In this document: one piece after another, positions 13,410 to 27,016 of the stretch
Layout: each line of letters opens with the position of its first letter
Position numbering within the stretch: the first letter of the stretch is position 1
Source of the DNA: Blasia pusilla
Taxonomy: Eukaryota
Direction: 5' to 3'
Length of the DNA stretch: 64,000 nt
Assembly (NCBI GenBank): GCA_050084515.1
Contig: CM114271.1
Coordinates: 44,888,001 to 44,952,000, forward strand
Program-made: the position numbers and the translations under genes
Notes under the pieces: model-generated
Database searches by the model: none
The model's input: only the letters and a program-made list of their open reading frames with translations
Told to the model about the DNA's origin: nothing

Positions 13410-15458
13410 ATGTTGGTGATCCACCAGGCATTAATCATGTTCATCCTTGTCAACTATATGAGAGCTCAAATCCAGATTTCCTTCCACCATTACAGTTAGA
13501 ATATAAGCTTCCTCTTGGTACTGTGCAAATGATTTCTTTCTGCTACCCGAGCACTTGTGTATGACTACTCTGGAGAAAATGAATGAAAGGACGCATTTCG
13601 TTGTGTTTGATGTAATTTCGAGTGATCTTAACCTGGTGTATGGAAAATCCAAGCTGAGTATGGTCGGGTCAAGGTCACCCTCGTCCATCTGTGTGGAACA
13701 CCTAAAAGAGCATGTCCGCTACTAAGCATTTTGTCGAATGGTTTCCCACTACTGCAAATTTCCCGCTTATTTCCCATGAACTTGTGATGAGTAAGAGCAT
13801 AAGCAGACAACAATAAGTTTGTCCTCCGTGAGTTTGCAGGGGTTCCCGAGTCCTTCTGATGGGCAACCTCAGTGGCTCTTCTTTAAGGGCACCTCGAATC
13901 GAATCGAATGAGGGCACCTGTGAGAGTCGCAATTTGAGGATGTTGTCTTTGTGTGGCCGTTAATTCACCTCATCTCTGGAGCTCACTGAACCATAGAGAA
14001 GCGATCGAAGCTAATGTTTCTTGACCTGGTTCAGGTGGTTGAGGAATAGAAAGATATAGGGAAGCTCCACTGGAAAACGAGCACCAATACTCTGTCTGTG
14101 AGTAACCAGGCAATGAAGGTCCACGACTCCACGTCTGAGCACACTTTTGGAATTCGTTCTCGGTTCGACAAAAGCAGTTGAAGCGTCTTTGGTTGCTACG
14201 TGTTCCGCGGCAGAAGTAGAGGAACATAAGCGTCATTTATTAGTAACGTGGATAGCTTAGAAAAAGTTGAAAGTTGACGTCAGGAATTCCCCAAGTCCTC
14301 GCAGTAGGGGCGGATTTTGAACAAGGAAACGGCGATGGAAGTGAAGCTATCTATTCATAGCTAGACAGTCAACACAGGGACGACGAATAGCATGTTGTCG
14401 GTGCGCTGGTGTCCAACCTAAACAATCATTAACTTCAACGCAACTTCAATGCGCAGGTGTTGACCATAGAATCTCGCATTGTGGTACGCCGGCCTCGGAA
14501 CATGGATGAAACCAGTAGAGCAAACACTGCCAGGGCTCCGATTTGAAAAGCTCAGTGCACGCATGTGTGCGCCGTCCCTGGTGAGCTGAACCTCCGTCAC
14601 ATCCTTAAGCTTGCAACCGCACCTCTAGGATGGATCACAATTATTCCACGAATCAGCGGACTTCCCGCTGCACGGTTTTAGAGCAGTGGCAGTGAATCGC
14701 GACGTTCCTCTCCGCCCTCACAGCGTGAGCACCCGGCGAAATCATGCCATCGATCCCTGTGCCTATCTGCCTTCCGGGAAACGAGAACGAGAAAGGTAGA
14801 GATCTCACGAAACCTTTGTCGGAGCGTATGTGAATCGCCGAAGTCCTGCCATCAATTTCGGTGGTTACCTGCCGTCCAGGAAAAAGGAGTACGCGAGAAG
14901 CCTTTGTTGCACCGCACCCTTAGGGTTTAGGGTAGGTGTTCCGTCTCAAACCTGGGGTTTCGTAAAAGTTGGCCCGCGAAGATTCTCTCGCCGTTAAACG
15001 CACCGGGTTCCTAGAAACGACCATCTACTCTCGTCCTGATTCCAAAAGAATCTGGGGAGGATCTCTACTATTAAGGGAACATGCGAAGGGTAGGAAAAAA
15101 AAATGTTTTAGAAGCGTGGGCAATGAGAAAATCCTTTTCGAAAATTTGGGCAGCATGGCAAAAGGTCGGGTGGGTATTTTCGTTCAAAATCGGGAAAAAA
15201 TAGTTGGGGATCCCATCGAAAGTACAAGGCGATGCGTTCTATGATGAATGTTTCCTAAAGGAGCATAAGGTCTCATGTGGACGCCCAAAAAAAAAGGGAG
15301 AACTTTTTAACATCTAACTTAACCAGTAGTTGTTATTTGTAAATGACGTCTAAAAGGGCCTCCACCTATGGTATCTTCCACAACATGATCCCATCGTAGA
15401 AGCCCATTGGCTTGGGCATAGTTGATTCCTATTATAATCGGGCGTATCATACTCACGT

Positions 15459-15492
15459 CCCCTACAATACTCGATTTTGAGTATTGTAGGGG
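15459..15492. repeat. Perfect 14-bp inverted repeat (hairpin)
   Basis: cccctacaatactc-gatttt-gagtattgtagggg. Confidence 0.85.
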
Positions 15493-17599
15493 CTAAATCG
15501 AATAGCGTGATGAAGTTTTGGGGGATTTCTCAACCCTCGGATATGAATTTTTCAACCGTCGCGTCGGATTACTCCTTAGTGTTCTCAGCTCTCATATGTG
15601 AATTTCTCACCCGTCAGATTACTCCCCCATGTTAGTGTTAATGTTCTCCATTGGCACCAGAGTAAAATAACTATTCTTCCTAGTGTTCTCCTTTTGGTTG
15701 TGCTTCTTCTTCTTCTCGCCGTGTGTTACTCCACAACGTATTCTTCTTCTTTCCTTGTTGCGGCCATCCAACCATGAATTTCTCCTGCCGAGTTAGTCTC
15801 CCGACGGTATTAGTCTTCTCCGAATCCTCTTAACGGCGTTAAAAAAACCCAAAACCCTGCCCCAGGTTGCATTCTCGTTCTTCCAGATTTGGAGGACATG
15901 AATGCCAACTCTTTCCCAAATTGTGAGGGGATAAGATATTTGCACCCAACCGACATACATAGGCTCAAATGTCATGTGTTTAATCAAAGGGAAGTAATTT
16001 TCACCAAGCTCGCTTACATACGTATGAGTGCCGACTCTTTTCTTGGTTATATTGTAAGCCACATGCCCCCTCATGTGGCTTTCAACTTGCAAGTGGCTTT
16101 CCACATGCAAACTTCTCCCCTATGTTGAAGATGTTTGACACGCCCTGATGAGGAGATTCCAACTAACAAGGTTGCTTCTTTTTTTTTTTTTTTCAGAATC
16201 AAGTTGGATAGGATCAAGAAGGTAAGTATGGTGATCTCCCATGAAGGAAAACAAATTTAGGGGACGGATGAAGGCATAGGGTAGACAAGTTTTATTTCCA
16301 ACTAAGAAATCTAAAGTTGAAGTGAAAAAGGATTGGAGAACCGATCACGAATACAAAAGAGGTCGAGGATTCATAGGGCTAATGAATTCAATGTTGACAA
16401 CCAAGTGGAGGTGGGGAAAAGGGAGAATCCCCTCCAACATATGTGATTGGATGTTAAAGATATTATTATAGATATCAATAAATTACCATAGCCCAAAAGG
16501 GATACTTGAACATCATTATACTATATAGAATATTTTAGTCTAAGAGGAAAGGGAGAAATACAATGTTGGAATATAAGAGCATGGGAGAACCCCTCAAGAG
16601 AACAAAAAGGGGAAAGAAAATAATTGATGAACTCCAACATGTCATGCACATACACCTTGCAACACAATCTACATAGTTGTTTGCATCCACATAACAATAC
16701 CATCCATCCCCCTAACGAACACAAAAATACACTCATATGTATTTGTATCGTAAAAAAAATACCAACGATTAATTCCCCTCTCAAAAGTACATATTGTCAT
16801 CAAGCCACATCCATCCTATGCCATGAAGGAATCCTGGATTCTAACACCCTAGCTCCCACCAAACCTTTGAAGGAAGAGTATTTCCCAAGCTCGCGCAACA
16901 TGAAAAATCCGGGTTATGAAAGTCATTTCCTTCCCTCAAATACCATTTGGAAAAGCAAAAACATCATATCCCCCTAAATATAGTAAAAATTGGTAATCTA
17001 TATGGCTATCATTGAGTACAAGCACAAACACATAAGATATCATACTCACTCATGGTATTTGGATACCAAAACGATCGTGTACCAAAATATCTCCAATAAA
17101 ATCAAAAGCACTTGAATCTCTAACACAATCCCCATCTATATCTCAGGTTAGACCTAACCTGATCTTCTAATGAGAGGCTTGAGTCACTCACAAGGCAAGG
17201 TGGAGCATAGCTCCGCCCCTTCATGCTAGGATTTTCAACTCAAGATACCATACTCACTCATGACATCTAAATATTGAGACAATCGTGTATGAAAATATCT
17301 CCGATTGCCCCCTAATTGGTGGTTACATCGACCCTATAACTCCATATGGTCATCTATCCTTACCTATTATTGCATACATCTCTATGATTCTAAGAGCAAG
17401 AATGTCGAGTGTTTATGTGACCCCATCGTTAGTCGCCTTCTTATCATCCATGTTACTACCGCAAGTCTGGATCTATAACTACATAGGACCTACTCTATGT
17501 GCATCTAGTGCAAATCTATTGTCCCTAAGGAATCCTAGTGAGAGGTGGCGTTAAACATGCCATTTTCCACCCTCTCAAATATCCATCATAAATTAATAT

Positions 17600-17720
17600 T
17601 GTTGCGACCCTCATAACCAAACGTGCGTCGATACGAAACATTAGGACTCTAGTAGGCTCACACTAGGATGGATGCGCATTGGAGAAGTCTCTTGAAGAAG
17701 ATATGAGACTTCAAAATCAA
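17600..17720 (+). mobile_element. Truncated 5' fragment of the LTR family seen at 48068 and 53425
   Basis: Starts tgttgcgaccctcataaccaaac, nearly identical to tgtcgcgaccctcataaccaaac at 53425, and shares the downstream ttggaga...agtctcttg motif. Confidence 0.6.
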
Positions 17721-17897
17721 CATAGTAAGTGTGTTACTATTTTGTCTTGTTGATCTACTATTTTTTTTCTTATTATATATGGCATGTTGACAATAATAAT
17801 ATAGATTGATAGAGCATGTTGAAATCATGGCATGGTCATAGATATTACTAGTTCTGACAAGATTTGGATGGCTAGATATGTTGCCAATATGAGATAA

Positions 17898-18752
17898 CTA
17901 GTTAGCATGCTTGTGCTTGCGTACGAAAATGATCTTTTAAAAATAACTGATATTAATTTTCCTTTCAGAATTTAAAGATAATCTCCACTTTCATAAATCC
18001 TAAAAGAGTGATAACATTCCACTACTCTAAATAATCCCACCCCTTAATGAAATTTAAACAATACTCCACTCCCCTAAATAATTCCACCCCTCCACAAAAT
18101 TTTAAACAATATCTACTCCTCCCCCTCCACCCCTCCCACGAAAATAACACCCACTAACTAAATCATTAGTTAATTTTAATGAATGAAATCATTTCCCTCT
18201 TCCATTGAAATTCATTTTCCTATCCCAAAATATCAAATGTGAATAAAGAGACAAAATTGCAAGCTTGTTACTATGTTATCTTCTTGTGCATATAGGGTTG
18301 CCAATAATGATATAGACAAGACGCCAACCTGCGTGAGTTAGTATGCCCATGCTTGCGCACAAAATTTCTTTAAAGAAAATAATCATATTTTTTCATTTCA
18401 AAATTTACATATGATTTCCACTTTCTTAAAGTTTAAAGGAGTAATAACATTCCACTCTTCTAAATAACTACACTCTTCAATTAAAATTTAAACAATATCC
18501 CACTTCTCTAAATAATTCCACCCTTCCATAAAAGTATAAAAAATACCTAACCCCCCCCCCTCTACTCCTCCCACCAAAATAACACAGATTAATTAAATAA
18601 TTAGTTAATATTAATTAATAAAATCAATTTTCCTCTTCCATTCGAATTCATTTTCCCTTCCCAAAATATCAAGTACGAATTAAGGGAAAAAATTGCAAGC
18701 TAGTTTCTAATTTGTCTTATTATGCATAGAGGGTCTCCAATTATAATATAGA
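17898..18752 (-). mobile_element. Two tandem ~420-bp non-autonomous Helitron-like units
   Basis: Units ~17898-18316 and ~18335-18752 are mutually similar. On the minus strand each starts TCTATAT. The first unit ends ...cgtacgcaagcacaagcatgctaaCTAG, a Helitron-type 3' terminus. Confidence 0.55.
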
Positions 18753-19244
18753 TTATTGTATGCATATTTTAGACACTAACATAAATAAAGTTATGTCACT
18801 ATGAATAAGGATTCATCCACAAGACATGATTGTGGGAAAAATTTATAGTAAAGCATGTCAATATATGAGTAGACTTATATTTGGTTTGTCTAAGACTCCT
18901 TAATAGGACATCGTGAATGAAGATCTCCGTAATAATATTTGTAACTTGGTCATACTCATTTCTTAAACTTTAACATCAAGTATCCCATGCTAATCCCATA
19001 CATTCTCATCTCATATTGAAAATCCCATTTCAAATAGATCTAATAATAGTATGTGAGGATGTAGCATTGTGGGAAACACTTGCAACCAAACGCAAGTGCA
19101 ATCATGTGTAAGCACTCACAAAACCTCGTCCTAAAGAATGCTCTTTGCCTTAAGTTCGGGCTATAAGCCCATGCAATGCACTAGTTTAAATGATCTTCTA
19201 TAATTAACTCTTAAAGTTCTCAAGTCCTATTTAAAATTAATTGC

Positions 19245-19560
19245 GAACGACCCATTTTGATTAAAAAAGCGGACGATTTTATGGGCTTAAAGTGCCAAGT
19301 GCCAAGTGTCAAAAGGAGAAGTGTTTGCAATATGAAAGGGCACTCTCCCATAATAATATAAGTAAAATAAATTTCGAATAATCGTATTGGTTCAAAAAAT
19401 GGACGATCTTATTGGCGGAAAGTGCAAAGTGTCAAAAGGAGAAGTGTTTGAATTACCCATGTAAAGTGTATAATTGTATTCGAATGATCCTATTGGTTAG
19501 AGAATTAACGATTTTATTAGCTCAAAAAGACATGTGTCGAAAGGAAAGGTGATCTCAAAA
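19245..19560. repeat. Three degenerate ~115-130-bp direct repeats
   Basis: Recurring cgaa...attggtt...acgatt...gtgtc(a/g)aaagga units at ~19245, ~19375 and ~19481. Confidence 0.55.
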
Positions 19561-20521
19561 TGAAGAGGCACTCTCAAATAATAACATAGATTAGGGCACT
19601 CAAAGCCATCCCGTAGGGCTTTAAAGCGGAAGCCGTAAAGCTCATGCACAATTTATGGCCGTATACGAGAACAACATCCTTGAGTGTCTACCATTTAAGT
19701 TTTATGATTATTGCCATTAGGATGACCATTTAACGAAATTGGTAGGTAAATTTGCAACATATCATATTTTCATAAAACTAGAGGTCGATTTTATGATCCA
19801 AACTCTGAAAATCATAGAAAGTGGAAAGCCACTTCTTTTCGGAAACCGAATAAAAACAAGAGTTTGTGGAAAACCCCGTAAGTCCAACGGATACCCCATC
19901 CCTCTTGCGCGCGGGTACGGGCCCCTCGAAACGCCCTGAAAGTCAATCAAAGCACGAAACCCGTAAAACTCGTGCATTTCTCGGCGGGTCCCACCCACCT
20001 GGGAGTACCTTGTAGTTACGTGAAGGCGGTCTCTCCCAAACAGTTGTTTCGTCAATGAGGGGAGGGGATTGAGTGATAGAGGCGCCACGTGGCCCTTCCA
20101 GTTGGCCGTAGAAGTCAGTCGGGGCAAGCGACTACGGGTCGGGCTGCTGTAGTCTCTCTCGAGTCTCGAGCAGTCCCGGTCATCAGGTGCCCATGTGCGA
20201 GCCGAGTTTAGGGTCTTTGGACCGGAGAGAAGCGGAACGCAGCGCAGTGCAGCGCAGGGCAGGGGAGGGCAGTGCAGCAGAACAAGTGGAGGAAAACAAG
20301 GACGCAGAGAGAAAGACGAGCACTGAGGAAGACGCGACGCGGAAGGGAATGTGTGCTTAGACGGGGTGATTCGTTTCTCCATCGGCCGATCGGGAGGGGC
20401 TTGTGCAACAGCGGTGTGTTTGTTGTTCCGTTCAAAGCGTTGATTGTGAGTCCATTTGCGCTTACGGGAGACGGAGTGGAAATTTATGATTGCTTCACGT
20501 GCATGAACCAAGCGTGTGCTG

Positions 20522-23500
20522 ATGGAGCGCGCTATTTTGCGCCTGCTGCGCACTTCGGGCCTTCGTGCCTCCCGTGCCTCTCGCCCACGCTCCCTCGAGG
20601 TGTGTATGTGAGTGATCTGGTTGCTGCAGGGTAGCTTGCCAGATCCATGGTTCTGTGACTCGTCTTAAAATTTTGTTCATCAAATCTTAGGGGGAGCGTC
20701 CCACCTCGAAGGCACATGTTGCTGGTAGATCGGGTTCATCTAATGCCTGTAAATTCTACTTAGTCCGGAGAATAATTTGGACCGTCGGATGCTGCTTTGG
20801 GCATCCTCACGGTAGTTTTATGTTGGTGCGATTCGCGGTTGTCAGTGTCTAATACGGTAAATTCATTTCCATGAAAAAATCCTGCGGTCCCGGGCATTTG
20901 CTAAATTTCAATTTTGCTCTAGTTCAGGAATATCTTAGTTCCTCTAAGACGGTCAGGGGCAAACAAGGGTTTGTGCGGAAGACGTTTTTCCCTGGTATTG
21001 GACATTAGAAAATTGACGCCGCTGGTTCACATGTCCATCTTTGCAGCCTGTGTTGTTCAGGAGCCGTTCACAAGGATTTCGTCAGTACATTGCCGTTGCA
21101 AGTGAGTGGAAATACAATCGGGATCGTGTGAGCTCGTTCTATTGCTATCAGGTTGAATGCTATCGTAGTGCTGGGCGTCGTATGAGGATCTCACCGTCGT
21201 TGTTTTTTTCCTTGACAGATGCGATACCTTCTGAAGTCAAGCTAAGGTTTGTTCGCGTGAAGCCTTCTTACACCTAAGTGTTTTTGTGTACATTAGGGTT
21301 GTGGGTGTCTCCGAATTCCTCAGTAGCATCTCAGTTTATGTTAATCTCTAATCTTTTCAGAGCTAGTTTCTGATCCATATACTAGGGTCTGGCAGTGGTG
21401 GACTCTACCGGGAATCGTGCACTAGATTAAGCTGCTCTCTGGCTCACTTGCAAGAAGCTCTGCAAACAAAGAGATTTCATCAAGTTTCTGTGAGACTGCA
21501 TGGGTAATGGAAGGTAGGATTGTGGAGAGGCTTGTTGGAGCCTTCCTCGAAGGAAGGCACAATGTCAGAGTGATTACATTTTGAGTGATCGTCAACTCAG
21601 TCCAGCTAAATGCTATCAACTAACTTATGGGAGTTAAAATTATGCAGGGAATTCCAATCTTATCCTAGACGTGTAATCTGGGAGGGATCAAGCAGAAGTT
21701 TTGCATCAGATGCTGGTATGTTTGTTAATTGAGGTTGGACCTCAAGAATGCTAGTTGTTTTGTCAGAGTGGATGTCAGAGAGGATATGGTGAGAGCTGTT
21801 AACTATGGATGATATCAGTGAGCTATCTTTTTTGATTTCCGAGTTCTTTCCTATTGCCATTGCTAGGTTCATTTTATGAAGATAATATCTGCTTGCCTGT
21901 AACTGCGTACTCCCAGCTCTTTACATTTGTGGTTAGAATTTGACCCCTTCAGAAGGTGAGAGTGGATTTTCAGCAATTTCCTCCATTGGTTGAGACGTGT
22001 GCCAAGGTCTCCATCTGTTGCCTTGATAGGCCCACTTACTATTTGGTACATAAGTGTAAAGTCGTCTTTGCCAAGGTTTGGTCGTCATTAAGATGGCAGT
22101 GGTGTTGGTACTGGCAGGTCCTGGAGAAGTGGTGGTTCCATTCATGGGGGATTCAGTTCCAGATGGAAATCTGGCAGCCATATTGAAGCGTGAGTGTCAA
22201 ATTCTTGTGTTAGCAACATGTCGGCATCTACTACTGTGTGATGCTCTTTACTGTCTTTGTTTATGAAGTCCCTTCAAGGTGTTGCCAACCACAATCCAGC
22301 TGTGTAGAGCTCTATAAATTTTGGTGAAAAGGTTTCCTAATCAGATATGTCTTCTTCTTGGCTGTCACTGAATTGTGTCTCAGAGGCTGGTGATTCTGTG
22401 GAGGCTGATGAGGTCATAGCACAAATTGAAACTGACAAGGTTTGTGAATAGTGACAGTTTACCACATATTTTAGCGAGCTGTGGTGCCTTCCAGCCACTT
22501 AAGAACCCAAATCCTTAAAGAAGACTGAATTACCTTCTTGCTTCCACAGGTTACGATTGATGTTCGAAGTCCATTTGCGGGCACTATCGAACAGGTATAT
22601 TACGTACACCACCATTCAATTTTGTGAGGTGAAACCCTTCTAATACAGCTACATTCCTAATGGCAGGTACTTTGGATTCATAGCAATTTGTGTACATGGA
22701 GTGTACTTAATCACCTTCTTTTCATCTGACTAACCTTTTTCTTTTTCTGTGCTCGGACAGATTGTTGCAAAAGTAGGTGATACTGTGACTCCAGGAACAA
22801 AGGTTGCTATTGTCACCCAAGGTGCCTCTTCAGGAAAGCCTGCTGCAACAAAGAAACAAGAATCGACTCCGCCACCAACTCCACCTCCTCCACCACCACC
22901 ACAGTCAAACCCTACTCCTGGACCTCCACAGTCGTCACCAGTGAAAGCAGCAACTCCTGCACCACCCCCTCCTAAAGCCTCAAGCATGGGTCCGTCAGAT
23001 CCTCAACTTCCACCTAAGGCCGGCGAAAGAAGGGTAACAGCAGTCTTCAAGATTATTTGTTCTATTTCCACAATCACCTGACGAATGAGAAATGACTGAT
23101 ATGTGATGTATCTTCAGTTGACTGAAGGTGTCTGGATCATAACTTCCTCGTTGTTCAATTTAAGTACCTCACGTCTTCATTGTTACCCATCTTGCCAGTC
23201 ACTAGTTGGGAACCCCCCAACTTCTTTCTCTATGAAGTATAACATCCCTTCCCAATCTAATACATGTGCTGACAGGTGCCCATGACACGACTGAGAAAAC
23301 GGGTTGCTACTCGGCTGAAGGATTCACAGAACACCTTTGCTTTGCTGACCACTTTCAATGAGATTGACATGTATGTATTTGTCATTGCCTTCTAGCAGCT
23401 GAAAATCTTCCTAGCTTTGAAGTCTTGAATGAGACCTAAGAATGGGACTCTTCGCAATAGGTGGCCTTTTGGGCTGCATTAAGATATTGTTGTCCATACG

Positions 23501-26500
23501 ACTGTCTACATAGCATCAGATGAGAATCTAGAGAGTGGTTTCGTGTTCTTATGCCTGATTCCTATAGTCAGAGAGTTCTTGCATCAGTTTGAGCAGGGAA
23601 AAGAATCTACTATTCCAAGTTCAAGCAGTAAAAGTTGTAACTTTGGGAATGGTGATCAGGACCAATCTGATGGATTTGCGGGCTCAGTACAAGGATGCAT
23701 TTTTGGAAAAGCATGGAGTGAAACTCGGATTCATGTCTGGGTTTGTGAAGGTATTTCGATAAATTTCTAGCTCAGAGTGGTTTGATTGATGGCTGAAAGA
23801 TTTTATTTCCTTTCTCTGGTGCGAGGTGTATGTGTCATTTTGGACTGTTTATCGTTCTTTGAGGATACTTGATGCAGTTGGATTGTTTTCGTAGCAACAT
23901 TCATTGGTGGCAGAATTTGTTCCTTCCTTTTGTAGGCGGCTGTGAGTGCTCTGCATCAACTTCCTGCAGTGAATGCTGTAATCGATGGAGATGACATCAT
24001 CTATAGAGATTATGTGGACATCAGCATTGCAGTTGGTACAGAAAAGGTATTTACTCTGCTGACTGAAAATGGAGGATAAGAACTTACGAATCCTTAGCTG
24101 TGGTAGGGAAAATTTCCTGGAGAGATGCCTCAAGGACATCATGTAGTGTTTGTGTCAGCACCTGACACAATGTTGAACTTTTTCTATCTGCCACTTGTAC
24201 AAAATTTGAACAAGAAATTACTGTCCAATAATGAAAAAAGGAGGGCAATGGAAAAGAAATCGTCATGCTCCATTTTGCCTCCATCCCTCTCCCCCTCTAC
24301 CATGGAACGCACATCTAGGAGAGCACAGAGGAGAGAGGAGGACTTGAGACTATTAATTTTAGCCTTGTCACCACGGACCCTTTGCCCTGGTTGGATGGTG
24401 ATAGAGACTGGAGCCGGTGCAGAGTGAGGAAGAAGTGAAGAATGTACCCTATGAGACTCTCATATAGCTTGAGTGCTGACCATACACAGCATTTGTGGGA
24501 AATGTCCTGGTGTCAACCTAGAAGCTCTTTACTAGTTACCTCACCTGATTGGGATCCCTAATTCATGTCTATTACCAGTGCAGCAGCTTTGGGCATTGAA
24601 TCTAGGCCACTCAATGTGTTCAACAGTTCTGGTACTACCAGCTTAGCTAGAAGCATCAGCAGACGCCGCTGCTCCTTGTGTGGTGAATTTGGCACAAGTG
24701 ACCAGGTAGTGACTATAGAGGCGTTATCCCCATCCTCGCAGAAGATATATGACTTCAGTTCTATTAATGACTGGAGGAGACTGTACTCATTAAGTAGTGC
24801 CTGTCGTAGCCTTGCGACCATAGACCCCGCGCCCTGGTTGGACGGTGCTTGAGACTGGGATGGGTGTAGAGAGAGGAACAAGTGAAGAAGGTACCATATG
24901 AGAGGAGGGAGACACTCTCATATAGTGTGAGTGCTGACCAAACAACGTGTTGGTGCGGAGCTTCCAAGTGTCAACCAAGAAACTCTTCACCACACCATCT
25001 ACTTTACCTGATTGGGATCCCCAATAGACATTACTTACCAGTGCAGCAGCTTTGGGCAATGAATCAAGGCACCTGAATGTGTTGAACAATTCTGGTGTTA
25101 CCAGCTTAGCAATATCAGCATATGCTCTTGCTCTGTGTGTTGTGAATTTTGCGCAGGAGACCAAGTAATGACTAGAGGTTTCATCCCCATGGTCATACAA
25201 GGCGCAAGAGTTTAGTTGTGTTCCCATCCTGTTTTTCTTATGGTTCAAGGGGATTGCCCCCGTCCTGAACTTGAACTTGAGCCGGGTTCCCAAGGAAGGG
25301 GTTCCCGGCAAATAGTTCTTCAGTTTTGCATTCTCAGGATATACCGTCAAAAGAGAGAGGTCAGACATTTTCATGGCTTCCTCCGTGCTGTTCTGCTGTG
25401 AGCGTTTGCCCACTGCTTTGGTTATGGCATCCACATATGCTTTCTCATCTTGCTCCCACAGTTCAGGCCCTGCTGGGAGCTTGGATGCTTGCACCATCTC
25501 TTGAACCTTTTTCGTCCAAGATTTGGCCTGCTTTACGGGTCTTCTTTGGGTCTAGGTTTTCCCCATCACCTCTTTAGGATAGCGATGGGAGTCCATTGTC
25601 TCCAGCTGCCTCCTCCATTTCAACTTGGCGATGTCACGTCTATCCTCCAAGAGTTCCACTCCAAGTTCTGATCTCACACTAACTCTGGCTGTTCGTGAGG
25701 AAGCTGACATCATACCCTGAAACACCTTCAGCTGCACAGCTTCAAGCCTGTCCTTTTGTTTGGTGTTGGCATCCCACACTGCTGCCCTATATTCCAGCGA
25801 GGGACGAATGGTATGCAAAATGACAGAGGGCTTTACTTCTGATGTGATGTCCCGGCAGTGTAGGAATCTGGACAGACCGTTCACCTTCTTGTGGCCTTTC
25901 TCAGTAGTCTCTTAATGTGTGCATCCCACATGCAATCTTCCAAGAATTCTATGCCCAGATAGGTGTATGTGGGCACACGGGGGATCTCTTGTTCACCCCA
26001 GTACCACTGTTGGTCTTGGTCCTCCTCCTTGCCATTGAAAATCATCACACCGCACTTCAGTACATTTGCCTCCATGCCCCACATGTCACACCAGATTTTA
26101 GTCAGGAAGATCGTCTCTGGAGGAGAAAGGAGGACAGAGCAAAGTCGTGAAGGAGGGAAGAGGATGGACACCAAGTGTGGGTTAGGGAGAAAGATGAGGA
26201 CACTGTGGGATGGAAGTGTCACAGAGAAATGGAGAGTGACCAGGGTTGAGGAGAGGGAACAATGGAGTAGGGACAAGGGGACAGAGGGTAGAGGTACTTT
26301 GTGCCCCTTTGGTTCCGTCCCATCCCATAAGGAGTGGTGTCCAGGGCATAGCACAGGCAGCACCACACTAGTAAGGGTGTTTCATCTGTGACAAACTCTG
26401 GGAAATATGGTTGGGAGTTGTAAAATGTGTCCAGCTGCAAAGGTAACTTCTTGGTTCGATGGGATGAGAACTATCTTTTGTTGTTTCTGCAGGGACTTGT

Positions 26501-27016
26501 AGTGCCAGTTATTCGTGGTGCAGACCACATGAATTTTGCAGAAATAGAGAAAACAATCAACATTCTTGGAAAGAAGGCAAACTCTGGAACAATCTCGATT
26601 GATGACATGGCTGGTGGTACTTTCACTATATCAAATGGTGGTGTTTACGGAAGCCTCCTCAGTACACCTATCATCAACCCTCCACAGGTATGTCACTCCC
26701 AGAGTCATAGTTTTTGGGAAGTCCGGTGCTTGTGAAAATCTGGTGTATCTCATGTGTGGCTTGGTGGACAGGACCACATTCGTCTTCACTAATACTCACA
26801 CTGTTGGGCTTGGAATCGTTGCAGTCAGCAATTTTGGGAATGCACTCCATTCAAAAGCGTCCCGTGGTGGTTGGGAAGGAAATTGTGGCAAGGCCTATGA
26901 TGTTCGTTGCCCTCACATACGACCACCGTCTCATCGATGGGAGAGAGGCAGTACTCTTTCTCCGGGCCATCAAAGATATTGTTGAAGATCCAAGACGACT
27001 ACTCTTAGACCTCTAA
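20522..27016 (+). CDS. DLST: Mitochondrial 2-oxoglutarate dehydrogenase E2 (dihydrolipoyllysine-residue succinyltransferase), 14 exons
   Basis: Arg/Ser-rich transit peptide [26 protein letters not shown] (20522-20599). Lipoyl domain [15 protein letters not shown]...IETDKVTIDV (22118-22594). Pro-rich linker, then [23 protein letters not shown] and [20 protein letters not shown]. Catalytic [15 protein letters not shown]...[17 protein letters not shown]...DPRRLLLDL* (exons 26493-26687, 26825-27016). GT-AG junctions are in frame. Confidence 0.95.
24300..26400 (-). mobile_element. Degenerate LINE (non-LTR retrotransposon) 3' portions inside DLST intron 12, antisense to the host gene
   Basis: C-terminal RT motifs [27 protein letters not shown] and [13 protein letters not shown]...DRLEAVQ, followed by RLKFKFRTG and a degenerate C-x2-C...H-x4-C knuckle ([19 protein letters not shown] / [18 protein letters not shown]). 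Frameshifted. Clade (RTEX/L2/CR1-like) not resolved. Confidence 0.85.

Noticed and set aside
13700-14900. Possible minus-strand gene downstream of a telo-box-like ttagggtttaggg at ~14920
   Set aside because: I could not assemble a consistent spliced ORF; all frames hit stops and no homology was recognised.
14920-14932. Interstitial telomere array
   Set aside because: Only about two TTTAGGG units; at most a telo-box promoter motif.
19762-20553. 263-aa minus-strand ORF
   Set aside because: Antisense to the GC-rich DLST promoter, 5'UTR and first exon; low complexity with no recognisable domain.
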